NCBI GenBank assembly: GCA_951406725.2
Contig: OX597830.1
Span: 46,314,001-46,378,000 of the forward strand
Reading direction: 5' to 3'
DNA: 64,000 nt
DNA from: Octopus vulgaris
Lineage: Eukaryota
Shown here: piece by piece, positions 13,204 through 24,843 of the stretch
Position numbering within the stretch: the stretch's first letter is position 1
Layout: every line of letters begins with the position of its first letter
Notes under the pieces: model-generated
Database searches by the model: none
Seen by the model: only the letters and a program-made list of their open reading frames with translations
What the model was told of the DNA's origin: nothing
Program-made: the position numbers and the translations under genes

Positions 13204-14350
13204 TAAAGTGAGCTGACAGAATTGTTAATGCATTGGACAAAATGCTTAGTGGCATTTCTTCCAATTCTTTATGTGCAGAGTTCAAATTTTGCCAGAGTCA
13301 ACTTTGCATTTCTTCCTCTGGAGAAAAGGATGGAAACCACTCCACCATAATTTATGGCTTTATGCCAAAGTTAGAAATAATCATCATTACAACCAAAGAC
13401 CATGATCATTCATAATTTGTAGGAGAGCTCACAAACAAATTGTAAAACAAAGATACAATTCTACACACACATACACAACCATTTTTCACCTCTGAAGTTT
13501 CTACAAGGCATAAAATATTTATCGACAAATACATTTATTTGTGAAAATATTAAATCCAAACAGAGGAACGGGAAAACTCACATTAATCTTTCCCACAATT
13601 CATCATCTTTCCCTCCTTTACATAAACAGGGACTTCAATTGATGTAATTACAAAGAGAGAGAGAGAGAGAGAAAAAACATTTCCGGGAATATTATGTTAC
13701 CCAAAAAATAATAAAAAAGGAAACAAAATGGCAATCCAGATGAAAAAGCATAAAAGTAGTTTGTAAGGAAAGAGATAAAGTCAATTGACTTTGGCCTACC
13801 AAATTTAGTGGAATTTATTTTTATCAGCATGGAGGAATAAAAAACAAAGTGAAGCTGGAGGAATTTGGCATCTTTTTGTTTAGTTTTTTTTTTTACCTGC
13901 TTTACATCTAGTTTTCTATGCTGGAAGTTGTGGTGGGTGGTTCAAAAAGTATAAATTTAGATATTTGTGTATTATTAGGGTTATTATTTTTATAGGTGGA
14001 CGGTTATCTTTGCAAACAGTTTGGACTCATGACTGATACATCTCACTGCTTAGCGTCATTCATATTTTTTTCCATCCCCAAATAAGATAAAAGTTCTCTG
14101 GCTGACATCCCTACTGACTGAACATTGTGAGTTTGTCTTTCATCTGCACAATATCAACCATTCTGTTTGCAGTTAATTATTGAGCGACCACAGTCAGCTC
14201 TGCACTTGGGTAGTTCGAATATACAAACACAAGAAATCCGGTGAGCAGAAAAAAATGTTGAGTTTAAAACTAGTGTTTCCAGATATGACCATGCTTTACT
14301 TATTGGGACATATAGCCTTAATATTCAGGAAAATTTCATCTACATTTTAA

Positions 14351-14571
14351 CCCTTTTGTTACCAACCCGGCTGAAACCGGCTCTGGCTCTGAGTACAAAT
14401 GTCTTGTTTTCATAAGTTTTGAATTAAAATCTTCCACCAAACCATAGTCACAATTTATGTTCCTAACACTAGCTTAATGATAACTAAGTTATTTTACTAA
14501 ATTCTTTGTTATATTTAAAATTAATTGAAAGAAATACAGAGCATCTCAAAATAAATACAGTAACGAAAGGG
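14351..14571. mobile_element. piggyBac-type MITE, family 2
   Basis: TTAA|CCCTTTTGTTAC ... GTAACGAAAGGG|TTAA: TIRs plus a TTAA TSD. Confidence 0.85.
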
Positions 14572-14734
14572 TTAAAGATATACAAATCAGTTTGGTAAGT
14601 TCACTGTTCTGGGATCAAACCACATGTGGTTCTCATTTTCAGTTTTATCACACTTGAATTCCTAAAAGATTAAGAAGATGTACAGTTAATTCAAGAGATT
14701 ATAGCCCTGAATCAATGAGAAAGTCTCCACCCCT

Positions 14735-14910
14735 GTGGCTGCTCAACTTGCAAGAAATAACAGTTAAATGTCCTCAAATCATCCTCTACCCTCTTAAAAC
14801 TGGAAGGACACAATATAGTTGTACATATACAAGATAGATGGGATGGTTAAGGATGGAATGTCTTTGTTCAGAGGTCCGTTTGTTAAAGGATAACTTACAA
14901 CTAAACAACA
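14735..14910 (+). mobile_element. Old dispersed SINE-like repeat, family E (GCTAGAAATAGCAGCCAAA ... CTAAACAACAAC)
   Basis: Degenerate copies also at about 4340, 6610, 26360, 28685, 38095 and 42860 (+), and about 34870, 52770 and 56075 (-). Confidence 0.55.
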
Positions 14911-15259
14911 CAGATTCTCCCTTTTAAAAAGTGGTTTCAAACCCAGATAATATCGCAAACTATGGTTGCAGACATGGCTACATGGTTAAGGAGTTCACGG
15001 CTACATGGTTAAGGAGTTCACAACCACATCGTTTCAAGTTCACTATATATCTTCTCCTGAAGCACTGCGTTGGCCAATGCTTTGTGAGTGACATTTGCTT
15101 ACTGGAAATTGTACAGAAGCCTGTTGTGTGTGTGTTTCTTGGTGTCTTTACGTTGACACCATTTAAGAAATAATGATAATATTAATATCCCAGATTAACA
15201 TCATTAGCAAAGTCTGCATCAGCTTCATGTTCAATATGCAACAACATGGAGCAAAATAT

Positions 15260-15480
15260 CATCATCATCATCATCACCGTCTGATGTCCACCTTCCATGC
15301 TGGCATGGGCTGGATGTCTTGTTTTGGCACAGTTTTTACAGCTGAATGCCCTTCCTAACACCAACCACCATGCAGAGTGGACTGAGAGCATTTGTAAATG
15401 GCACAAGCACAGGTGAGGTCAGTTTTTTGCAAGGCTTTTAAGCTGGATGCCCCTCCAAATGCCAACCACTTCACAGGGGC
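15260..15480 (-). mobile_element. RTE LINE 3' tail fragment
   Basis: (ATC)n followed by CCATGCTGGCATGGG...CAGCTGAATGCCCTTCCTAACACCAACCAC. Confidence 0.6.
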
Positions 15481-16478
15481 ACTTTAAAAAATAGGAAAAA
15501 ATCAAGTTTGGCATCAGGAAGGTTACCCAGCCAGAGAATATTACGTCAGGAAGGCTCGACCAACCCATACCAGCTTGAAAAAAAAAAAAAATGTTAAAAA
15601 TGATGATGACAATGATGATGATTGCTTCACACTGGGATAAAGCAACAAATCTGGAAGGAAGAGAAAAAGGAGGACTAAAAGTACTAAACGGTACTTTGGT
15701 ACAATGTCTGAAATGAGAATATTAAGAACCAAATATACAAACTTTGTACTTTATTTAGTTTGGTACTCAATCATTCCTGGCACTGATTTTTCTCCCCCTC
15801 ATGGATTTATCCAACCACTCATCCAACCCAATCCTTCGTTCCTCTTCCCTCAAACTTGAATGCTCCTCATGTCACAACCTCACCATCTCCCCCCTCCTCT
15901 TTCCCCTACTTCGTGTTTCTCCTCTCACTGCAACTCATTTCTGTCCCTCTCATCATACCCTAACCTCTCATCACCTGGCACAAAACCAACCCCACCCTCG
16001 ATACTGCTCTATGCTTACTTCAAGGGCCTCGTCTTGCAGTGGCCCCACCATTGCTGGTGCCAGATAAAAAAAGCCACCCAGTACACTCTATTAAGTGGTT
16101 GGCACTAGGATGGGAATCCACCCGTAGAAACCAAACCAAACCGCAGAGAACAGAGCTTGGTGCAGGCTTCTGACTTGTCAGCTCTTGTCAAGCCTTCCAA
16201 CCCATGCCAGCACGGAAAGAGGACAATAAATGACAATCATCATCATCATCATGATTGAAATTTGATATATTTACAGTACAGAAATAAGAAACTGAGATAT
16301 TAAAATTCTAACAATAAATACTATTTATGTGAAAAAAAAAAAAGTCAAATTGGGGAAGGAACTAAAACACACACGACACCATGTATAACAAACTGTTACA
16401 TAGTGGTACCTGCGTACATCATCTATTATAATCCAGTGGATTAGTTTTTGTCATTCTTTTATGTAGAATATTTTGATA

Positions 16479-16701
16479 TTTACTCTTTTACTCTTTTATT
16501 TGTTTCAGTCATTTGACTGCAGCCATGCTGGAGCACCGCCTTTAGTCGATCAAATCGACCCCGGGACTTATTCTTTGTAAGCCCAGTACTTATTCTATCG
16601 GCCTCTTTTGCCGAACCGCCAAATGACGGGGACGTAAACACACCAGCATCGGTTGCCAAGCAATGCTAGGGCGACAAACAGAGACACACAAACACCCCCC
16701 C

Positions 16702-16733
<32 letters not shown>

Positions 16734-16922
16734 CATATATACGACAGGCTTCTTTCAGTTTCCGTCTACCAAATCCACTCACAAGGCATTGGTCGGCCCG
16801 GGGCTATAGCAGAAGACACTTGCCCAAGATGCCACGCAGTGGGACTGAACCCGGAACCATGTGGTTGGTTAGCAAGCTACTTACCACACAGCCACTCCTG
16901 CACCTATAGCCACTCCTGCGCC
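16479..16922 (-). mobile_element. SINE family A, full length, with duplicated 5' end
   Basis: Complete head, core and tail, plus an 18-bp tandem duplication AGCCACTCCTGC(A/G)CCTAT at the head. Confidence 0.9.
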
Positions 16923-17081
16923 TATATTCAATAAAAAATAAACTAAAAAATAAAAAAAATGAAAGCTTTTTTCACATTTTTATGGATTTTTAAAAAAATA
17001 AAACTTTGCACTGAAATGCCTTGTATTATATAATAACCTAAATCTTAATTGTGATTTCAATGAAAAGTGCATATTATACAT

Positions 17082-17423
17082 GGAATGCCCATGGCTTAGT
17101 GGTTAGAGCACCAGGCTTTTCAATCATGAGATAGTGAGTTCGATTCCCAGACCGGGCTGCATGTTGTGTTCTTGAGCAACAGACTTTATTTCACATTGCT
17201 CCAGTTTACTCAGCTGCAGAAATGAGTTGCAACATCACTGGTCCCAAGCTGTATCAGCCCCTTTGCCTTTTCCTTGGACAACATCAGTGGTGTGGAGAGG
17301 GGAGACACGGGCGACTGCCAGTCTTCCACAAACAACCTTGCCTGGACTTGTGCCTCACAAGGGTACATTCTAGGTGCAATCCCATGGTCATTCATGCTCA
17401 AAGGAGTCTTTACCCACCTTTAC
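17082..17423 (+). mobile_element. tRNA-derived SINE, family C
   Basis: A box TGGCTTAGTGG, B box GTTCGATTCC, then TGTTCTTGAGCAA and CCAGTTTACTCAGCTG..AAATGAGT body. There is no tRNA acceptor stem. Confidence 0.75.
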
Positions 17424-17459
17424 ACTATGTATATATATATGTGTGTGTGTGTATATATA

Positions 17460-17675
17460 TATCTTTTACTTGTTTCAGTCATTTGACTGTGGTCATGCAG
17501 GAGCACTGTATTTAGTCAAGCAAATCGACCCCAGGACGTATTCTTTGTAAGCCTAGTACTTATTCTATCATTCTCTTTTGCTGAACCGCTAAGTTACAGG
17601 GACATAAACACACCAGCATCGGTTGTCAAGCGATGTTGAGGGGACAAACACAGACACACAAACATATACACACAC

Positions 17676-17708
<33 letters not shown>

Positions 17709-17869
17709 TATATACATACGATGGGCTTCTTTCAGTTTCTGTCTACCAAATCCATTCACTAGGCTTTGGTCGGCCCGAGGCTATAGTAGAAGACACTTGC
17801 CCATGGTGCAATGCAGTTGGACTGAACCTGGAACCATGTGATTGGTAAGAAAGCTACTTACCACACAGC

Positions 17870-17872
<3 letters not shown>
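17460..17872 (-). mobile_element. SINE family A
   Basis: Near-complete reverse-complement copy. Confidence 0.85.
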
Positions 17873-17908
<36 letters not shown>

Positions 17909-18217
17909 CTGGTCGAAACAAGTGTTTGTATTGTATAACTGGTGTTGCATAGTATCTCAGTGAAAAAAGCAGTAAAATTATCCTGGCTCAGTTGTAAATT
18001 GGTAAAACAGGAAATAATAGTTTATCTTATGTAAGCAAGAGAAGAATATAATTGATTAGTGTTGTGTTGGTTCTTCTGAGTGAACTATGGGAGAAGGTGG
18101 AGAGATGTAGAGAAGTACAAGAGATAATAAAAGGAGAAGGAGGAGAGGAAAAGAGAAACTAAAATGTAGAGAGAGAAACATAGAAGAGATATACAAGAGA
18201 GAGAGAGAGAGAGAAAG

Positions 18218-18264
<47 letters not shown>

Positions 18265-18481
18265 CAATACAGACAGTCAGAGAGGAGAGTTCACACAAAG
18301 AGATACAAAAGAATGTAAATAGTTGTAGTCCAACCAACAAAAGAGGGCAGTTGAGTGCAACTGCTGTGTATGTCACTCTCTCTCTCTCTCTCTCTCTCTC
18401 TAAATATACCCCAATATCGTGTGTGTGTGTGTGTGTGTGTGAATGAATGTGTGTGCACACACACACACAATTGCTTTTTAC

Positions 18482-18626
18482 CTTTTGCATCCAGACAATA
18501 CTTCATGTCTGGTCTGAATATATTCCAAGAGTCTCTACAGTGAGTGAACAATGAAATTCCTCTGAACACCAACAATACAAACAAGAACCTTCCCACCTTG
18601 TTCATTCCAGTCAGATTCTCAAAAAT
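18482..18626 (-). CDS. Candidate coding exon with signal-peptide-like N-terminus (IFENLTG-MNKVGRFLFVLLVFRGISLFTHCRDSWNIFRPDMKYCLDAK-G)
   Basis: Acceptor GTGTTATATTATTAG|, donor AAAG|GTAAAA, 145 nt open (phase 0 to 1), ATG at 18605. Basic n-region, hydrophobic h-region and small residues, in unique non-repeat sequence. Confidence 0.55.
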
Positions 18627-19129
18627 CTAATAATATAACACAGAAACACATGTAACAGTGTCTCTATGTGTGTAATTCATAAATCAAATGGTTGCAGAGA
18701 TAATTTCCCACAATGCACCATTCTCCAAGCTGTAAGACATAAAAACCAGTCTAAGTAACACAGAGAGATAATTATGCTCCTTACACAAACACGAGGGCAA
18801 AAGGGAAAAAAATTTCAATAATTTTCTTTTAAACTGTACATAAAAAAAAAAACATTTATTTCATGAAATTCTAAGCAGGTATTCCTTTCTTTTTCAAGAA
18901 CAATTGCATCCCAAGTTAACAACCACCAAAATTAATCAGCTTATAAGGTTATGTGATTAACATGATCATTTCACAACCATGTGGTTCTGAGTTCAATCTC
19001 ACAGGACAACAACTGGGGCAAAAGTTTTCTGTTGACAGATTAACCGAAGCTTTTTGAGTAATGTTTGGTAAACAGAAACTATGTTGAAGCCCACCAGATG
19101 CACATATCTTCATCACCATCATTAGCTTA

Positions 19130-19672
19130 TGCCCATTTTTACCAGAGTGGGTTGAGGTGAGATCTGCTTCATCACAGCATCTCGTCCCTTATGGAAGTCC
19201 TTTGTCCACTCCTCATAAGATCGACTTTCACCACATTTTCAGCCTCCCTCTTCTGCAGACTCCTTCCACTTGTACCACTTCAGCTGTCTTCATCCAACTC
19301 TCAACCTTCATACGCAACACATATCCGTTCCTACACTGTAGTCTTATCTCTTTTGCATGCGATGACCAATTCCTCTAATGACCATTTTCTCAGTTTAACT
19401 GTCCTCTACTCTTCGGGAATGCTAACATTACACACCCTGCAGAACATAATCCTCTCATTTCTTTCCAGCTTTTGCATTTCATCCACATTCAGTGCCTACA
19501 TTTGCACTTGCATGCAACTTTGCACTTTGCAACACACGTGTCATACAATAATTTACTTTTTACTAAGAGAGAGAGAGAGAGAGACAGAGAAACCTCTTGA
19601 TACCAACAAACAGATCCCTCAATTTCTCCTGCCCCGTCCTCACTTTGGCTCCCAAGATACTGCTACAGCTAC
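19130..19672 (-). mobile_element. Decayed RTE-clade LINE ORF2 3' part
   Basis: Minus strand gives GAKVRTG.EKLRDL..., K.KLLYDTCV..., LERNE..ML.RVCNVS... and LRMK..V.GVCRRGRLK-like segments with frameshifts. These are RTE RT C-terminal motifs. Confidence 0.65.
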
Positions 19673-20174
19673 TCTCATTATTGATTAGATCACTTATCAG
19701 CAGAGGACAGCAGAATTGCCTGAAAGCTGTGTGTGTGTGCACGTGCATCCACTCGTGTGCATGTATGTGTGTTTGGAGTGCTTCTATGACTGTGCAGTGA
19801 CTTTGCAAGCCTATGGTCTTCAGTTCAGTCTCACTGTGCAGCCCCATGAGCAAGTGTTTTCCACAAAAGCTGCAGGTCAACCAAAGTCTTGTGGACTTGC
19901 TGAATTTGACATGAAAGAAACCATGCCATAAATATATGTGTGTATCCATGCCTCCTCCTCTTCATATCACAGGCTCACAAATGGCACTGTTATACAGTAG
20001 CGTCCTTCATTTGCAATCTTCCATGAAAACATGTCTGGCTATTGTGTTGTTCATGCTAATAGAACTAGGGGGAGATATTACTTTGCTTGGAAGCAGGCAA
20101 TGGTTGGCATCTCATCAGAGAAATTTTGCCTCACTGAATTTTGGGTGACCCATGTAAGCTTAGAAAAATAGACA

Positions 20175-20229
<55 letters not shown>

Positions 20230-20296
20230 GGAGACCTATTGAGTCAAGTACATCAACAGCAAAATAAATATCAAATGGAAATTGTAGTCGTGATAC

Positions 20297-20861
20297 CTGT
20301 GCCGGTGGCACGTAAAAAGCACCATCCGAACGTGGCCGATACTAGCCTCCCCAGGCACCCATGCCGGTGGCACATAAAAATCACCCACTACACTCACAGA
20401 GTGGTTGGCATTAGGAAGGGCATACAGCTGTAGAAATACTGCCAGATCAGACTGGAGCCTGGTGCAGCCTCCTGGCTTCCCAGACCCCGGTCAAATCGTC
20501 CAACCGGTGCTAGCACAGAAGCCAGCCAAGGCAGCACTGGCATCGGCTACGTTCGGATGGTGCTTTTTATGTGCCACCGGCACAGAAGCCAGTCGAGGCG
20601 GTGCTGGCATCGGCCACACACCATCCGAACATGGCCGATGCCAGCGCCGCCTCGACTGGCTTCTGTGCCGGTGGCACATAAAAAGCACCATCCGAACATG
20701 GCCGATGCCAGCGCCGCCTTGGCTGGCTTCCGTGCCGGTGGTACGTTAAAAGCACCAACCGATCGTGGCCGATTCCAGACCCCCCTGGCACCTGTGCAGG
20801 TGGCACGTAAAAAGCACCCACTACACTCGCGGAGTGGTTGGCGTTAGGAAGGGCATCCAGC
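20297..20861 (+). mobile_element. RTE 3'-UTR tandem-repeat region: two partial copies plus an inverted duplication
   Basis: About 66-bp GC-rich units (GTGCCGGTGGCACATAAAAAGCACCATCCGAAC...). 20513-20616 is inverted relative to 20632-20735. Confidence 0.75.
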
Positions 20862-20869
20862 CTCTTAGA

Positions 20870-21310
20870 ATTTTTGGTAGAATGAATCGACCCCAGGACT
20901 TTTTTGTTAAAGCCTGGTATTTATTCTATCAGTCCCTGTTTTGCTGAACTGCTAAGTTACAAGAACAAACACACCAACACCGGTTGCCAAGTGGTGGTGG
21001 GAGACAAACACAAAGAGAGATACACACTTACACAATACACACACACACACACACATAAAAAGTATGGCGCAGGCTTCTGCCTGACTTGCTCTTGTGAAAC
21101 TGTCCCAGCCATGCTAGCCTGGAAGTCAGATTTTAAATGATGATGAAGATACAATGGGCTTCTTTTAGTTTCCATCTACCAAATCCATTCACAAGGCTTT
21201 GGTCAGCCAGAAACAATAGTAGAAGACACTTGCCCAAGGTGCCACAAAGTGGGACTGAACCTGGAACAATGTGGTTGGGAAGCAAGCTGCTCACCACACA
21301 ACAACACCTA
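20870..21310 (-). mobile_element. SINE family A, degenerate, interrupted by an RTE tail fragment
   Basis: Family A 3' half at 20870-21010 and 5' half at 21155-21310, with a (GAT)n-tailed piece between them. Confidence 0.6.
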
Positions 21311-21451
21311 CTAGTAAAGTTTTCTATGACCAGTTCCATACGAGGAGAGATGATAATCTCAAAAATCAGGAATTCTCCAAACTTTGACATACCATTGAGG
21401 GACAGGAAGAACTTTGGAGAATTCTTGAGTCTTGAAACTATTTTTGTTTAA

Positions 21452-21672
21452 CCCTTTAGGGTTCAGATTATTCTGTTAAATGTAATACTTTTTCACTCAA
21501 ATTGTTTTGAATTAATTATGCATTATCTTATAGCTTTAAGGTTTCAATGATGTGAATGTTTATTTTTAGAATGTCACTGTAGGTTAGGTGTGAGAGGTTG
21601 GATATCGCCAGTTTGAATATAAAACATGTATAATATATTGGGCCGGATGTGGCCGGTTTAAACACTAAAGGG
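21452..21672. mobile_element. piggyBac-type MITE, family 1
   Basis: Termini TTAA|CCCTTTAG ... CTAAAGGG|TTAA. Confidence 0.85.
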
Positions 21673-22404
21673 TTAAATCACACACACACAGGCATGGAGC
21701 TTGAAAGTATGATAAAAACAAAGCGAAATGTTTTGGCATTCATGCATTTTCCCTGTTTCCCTAAAATGAAAACACAGCTAGAGGAATAATTTTCTCACTA
21801 ATCTGCCATATTTGTTTTATTTGATTGAAAAGTTGGAAAGCAATATTAACCCCCAATGGGAATTGAACTCAGAATGCAAAGGATTGTGTTTGGTGCCCTA
21901 TTGTCTCTGCCAGACAACAATAAGAATATTTAGAAATTTGGTTAATACTGCTGCACTGAGCTTAAATCTCAGAAGCATGAAGCAAAAGTAAAGAAAAAAA
22001 AAAACAACATTGCAACACCAATGTCTGTTGAATCGGTTCAATACTCTGCTTTTATTCTTTCAAAAAAAAAAAAAAAGAAAAAGAAAAAAGAAACTATCAG
22101 AAGTAAAAGAAATATCAATAGAGAGCAGAATTTCCACTTCTTAGAATTATGGATATCTTTGAATCGGATATTATAATAAATATATTCCATTTCATTGTCA
22201 ATAGTTACGAATATACTTAACACCAATGATGGTGGAAACTTATGAATAATAAAGATTTCTTACAAGACCCGAAGAGAAGGATTATAGCAGATTTAATCTA
22301 ACCTAGATATTCTCTATTTTATCAATCCTAGAAGAATAAAAAGCAACAATAAGCAAAGAAAAACAGACATCAATGCAATTTGAACAAAGAACAAAAGTCT
22401 AGAG

Positions 22405-22623
22405 CAGTGGTTTTCAACCAGGGTTCCGCAGAACCTTAGGGTTCCGCCAGTACAATCCAGGGGTTCCGCAAGAAGTTACAAAACTGCTAAAATCGGCAGT
22501 AATTTTTAATTCTCATGTGCAGATATGTGTGCATAAGACTATTAAATTATTGCACAGGGGTTCCCCGAGCCAGTGGAATGTTTCCTTGGGGTTCCGCTCC
22601 AGCAAAAAGTTTGAAAAGCACTG
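22405..22623. mobile_element. hAT (Charlie-like) MITE
   Basis: TIR CAGTGGTTTTCAA / TTGAAAAGCACTG and perfect 8-bp TSD GTCTAGAG. A second copy is at 44229-44429. Confidence 0.9.
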
Positions 22624-23197
22624 GTCTAGAGAGACAAAACTAAATACTAAAAGGTATTTGGTCCAGCACTGAACCACTTCTGCCAAACAAATAAACGTAA
22701 ATAAACAAAACAAGCTTTACATAACAATAATTAACTCATCTAATTAAAAACATAAGTAATTTCTGTAGACAGAAAAGAGAGAGTTCAGTGAAGAAGCTGC
22801 AGAACATTGGTAACCAAAATGCTAAGTAGCATAAAAGGTCACACATTTTAGAGCAGAAAAAAGTGAAGTCAAAGAAATCAACCCCAGTGTATGACTGGTA
22901 CTTATTTCATTGACCCTGGAAGGAAGACAGGGAAGGTTATACACAGTAGGGTTTGTGTTGACAGCGTAAAGAGATGAAACTGAATACCGTAAGTCTGCCA
23001 CTCAACGCACCTAGCTTGTAGTGTATTACTGTTAGTTATCGATTCCAGATGGATGAAAGGCAACCGACTCACAGAGTCAGAAAGTATTTAATTGGGTACT
23101 TTTTACAATTTTTGGAACGAGGCCAATGTTTACAGTATAGAAACTATCACCAAAATGTGTGCATGCATGTCTATGCATATATATATATATACACATA

Positions 23198-23228
23198 CTA
23201 GCTGGTGTACCTGGTAATTGCCGGGGGT
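23198..23228 (-). mobile_element. Possible Helitron 3' terminus
   Basis: Minus strand CCCGGCAATTACCAGG (imperfect hairpin), short spacer, then CTAG-T. Confidence 0.3.
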
Positions 23229-23914
23229 AAAGATGTTCTATTGAAATGCTTTATTACTCTTATATATATGATGATATAATGTAAAGGAAAAGGGATTTGA
23301 GATTTGGGTAGGTACCTTATTAAGGAAGGACCTCAAAGGACATTAGGACACTTATCCAGCAAAACCACGTGTGTCAGATTGGAACTTAATGAGAATAACA
23401 TTGAAATAAACAAGTTTCGAAGATGGAATAATTCTCCATGCTTCAGTATGTCTTCTGTATATATACACGCACGCACACATACACACACACGCATGCACAC
23501 TCACATGTGCACACACACTCCTGAATATTACTGGTATGTATTTTATTGATTCTGCAGAGATTTGATACAACCTAGACATGAATCTAAATGATGACTGTAA
23601 GACATAATTTGATATACTTTCATTTCTAGTAGGAAATGCTACTTGGACAAAACCACGCACGCACGCACACACATCTGTACAAGGAGTGTTGTAGAAATTC
23701 TAAAGAAAAATATACGTAATTTATGTAAATAATGTTCATTTCTCCCATTGGCACATGGCCACAAACTTGTTGAAGAATTAAGAGTGGAAGAGAAGTGAAT
23801 TCAATTCAAAATGTTAACTTTAAATATTTGTAACTTTTAGATGTACTGCATCACACGTGAGACAAATAAATTATAGAAAAGTATTCAACACACATTACAA
23901 AGGACAATAATATT

Positions 23915-24320
23915 AACCCTTTTTACTATAGGTACAAAACTGAAATTTGCGGGAACGGGTCTGTCGATTACATCAACCCCAGTGCACAACTGGTACTTGT
24001 TTCATGAACCCTGAGAGAATGAAAAACAAAGTCAACCTTAGTGGAATCTGAACTAGGAACGTGAAGACGAAAGGAATATCAGAAAGCATTTCGCCCGGCA
24101 TACTAACGATTCAGCCTGTTCGTCACTATAATAATAATCCTTTCTACTAAAGGCACAGGGCCTGAAATTTTGGGGGAGTGGACTAGTCAATTACATTGAC
24201 CTCAGTTTTTGACTGGTACTTAATTTATCAACCCCCAAAAGGATGAAAGGCAAAGTCCAGCAGACAAAACACAGCTGAGCATTTCACCCAGTGTGCTAAC
24301 GGTTCTGCCAACTCGCTTAC
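23915..24320 (-). mobile_element. Two tandem degenerate SINE family B copies
   Basis: Each has CTGGTACTT..TTTATC.ACCCC..AAGGATGAAAGGCAAAGTC and GCATTTCGCCCGG/GCTAACG motifs. Confidence 0.7.
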
Positions 24321-24477
24321 CTTCATAATAAAATTCAAATGTTACCAAATTTTCAGTAATTTTAGGGGAAAGGTAAGTGAAGTGCTCAACCAGGTCTTAA
24401 ACACAAAGAGCTGGGGGGAAGAAAAAAACTGGTGCTAAGCATTTCACATGATGTACCAATAATTCTAAAACCATCAC

Positions 24478-24508
<31 letters not shown>

Positions 24509-24777
24509 GGATCACTAAATACCGTGAGGGCATCCTTGGACAACATGTTAACTTTGAACAAGTTTATAAAAGTTTGTTTTTTTTTCAACACAGACCCAAT
24601 TGCTTTTGAATAAAAGGAATTCCTGGCGCTACTTTTCAATCCAGGAATACTTGTAGATAATAAGAATAATAATCACACTCAGAGCTGCTCTTCTTAGCCG
24701 TACGGTAAAAAAAAAAAAAACAGCCATAAAAACGAAGCCATCTGAAAATGATAACAATAATAATAATGCATTCTGAC

Positions 24778-24843
24778 CTTCTTGGTAAAATTTTCCCAAT
24801 CATTCTTCATGTCTGGTAATAACAATCTCCAATGAAATAGCAT
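24778..24843 (-). CDS. Candidate first/upstream exon coding part (MLFHWRLLLPD-MKNDWENFTKK)
   Basis: ATGs at 24843 and 24810, donor AAG|GTCAGA at 24778/24777 in phase 0, in frame with the 18626 acceptor. Unique sequence extends upstream to about 25050. Confidence 0.4.

Noticed and set aside
17082-17155. tRNA-like sequence with A and B boxes
   Set aside because: It has no acceptor stem or complete cloverleaf and continues into a SINE body, so it is a SINE head. The same applies to the family A and B heads.
20297-20861. Regularly repeated GC-rich units resembling a CRISPR array
   Set aside because: The units are tandem copies without unique spacers, belong to an RTE 3' UTR, and there are no cas genes in this eukaryotic context.
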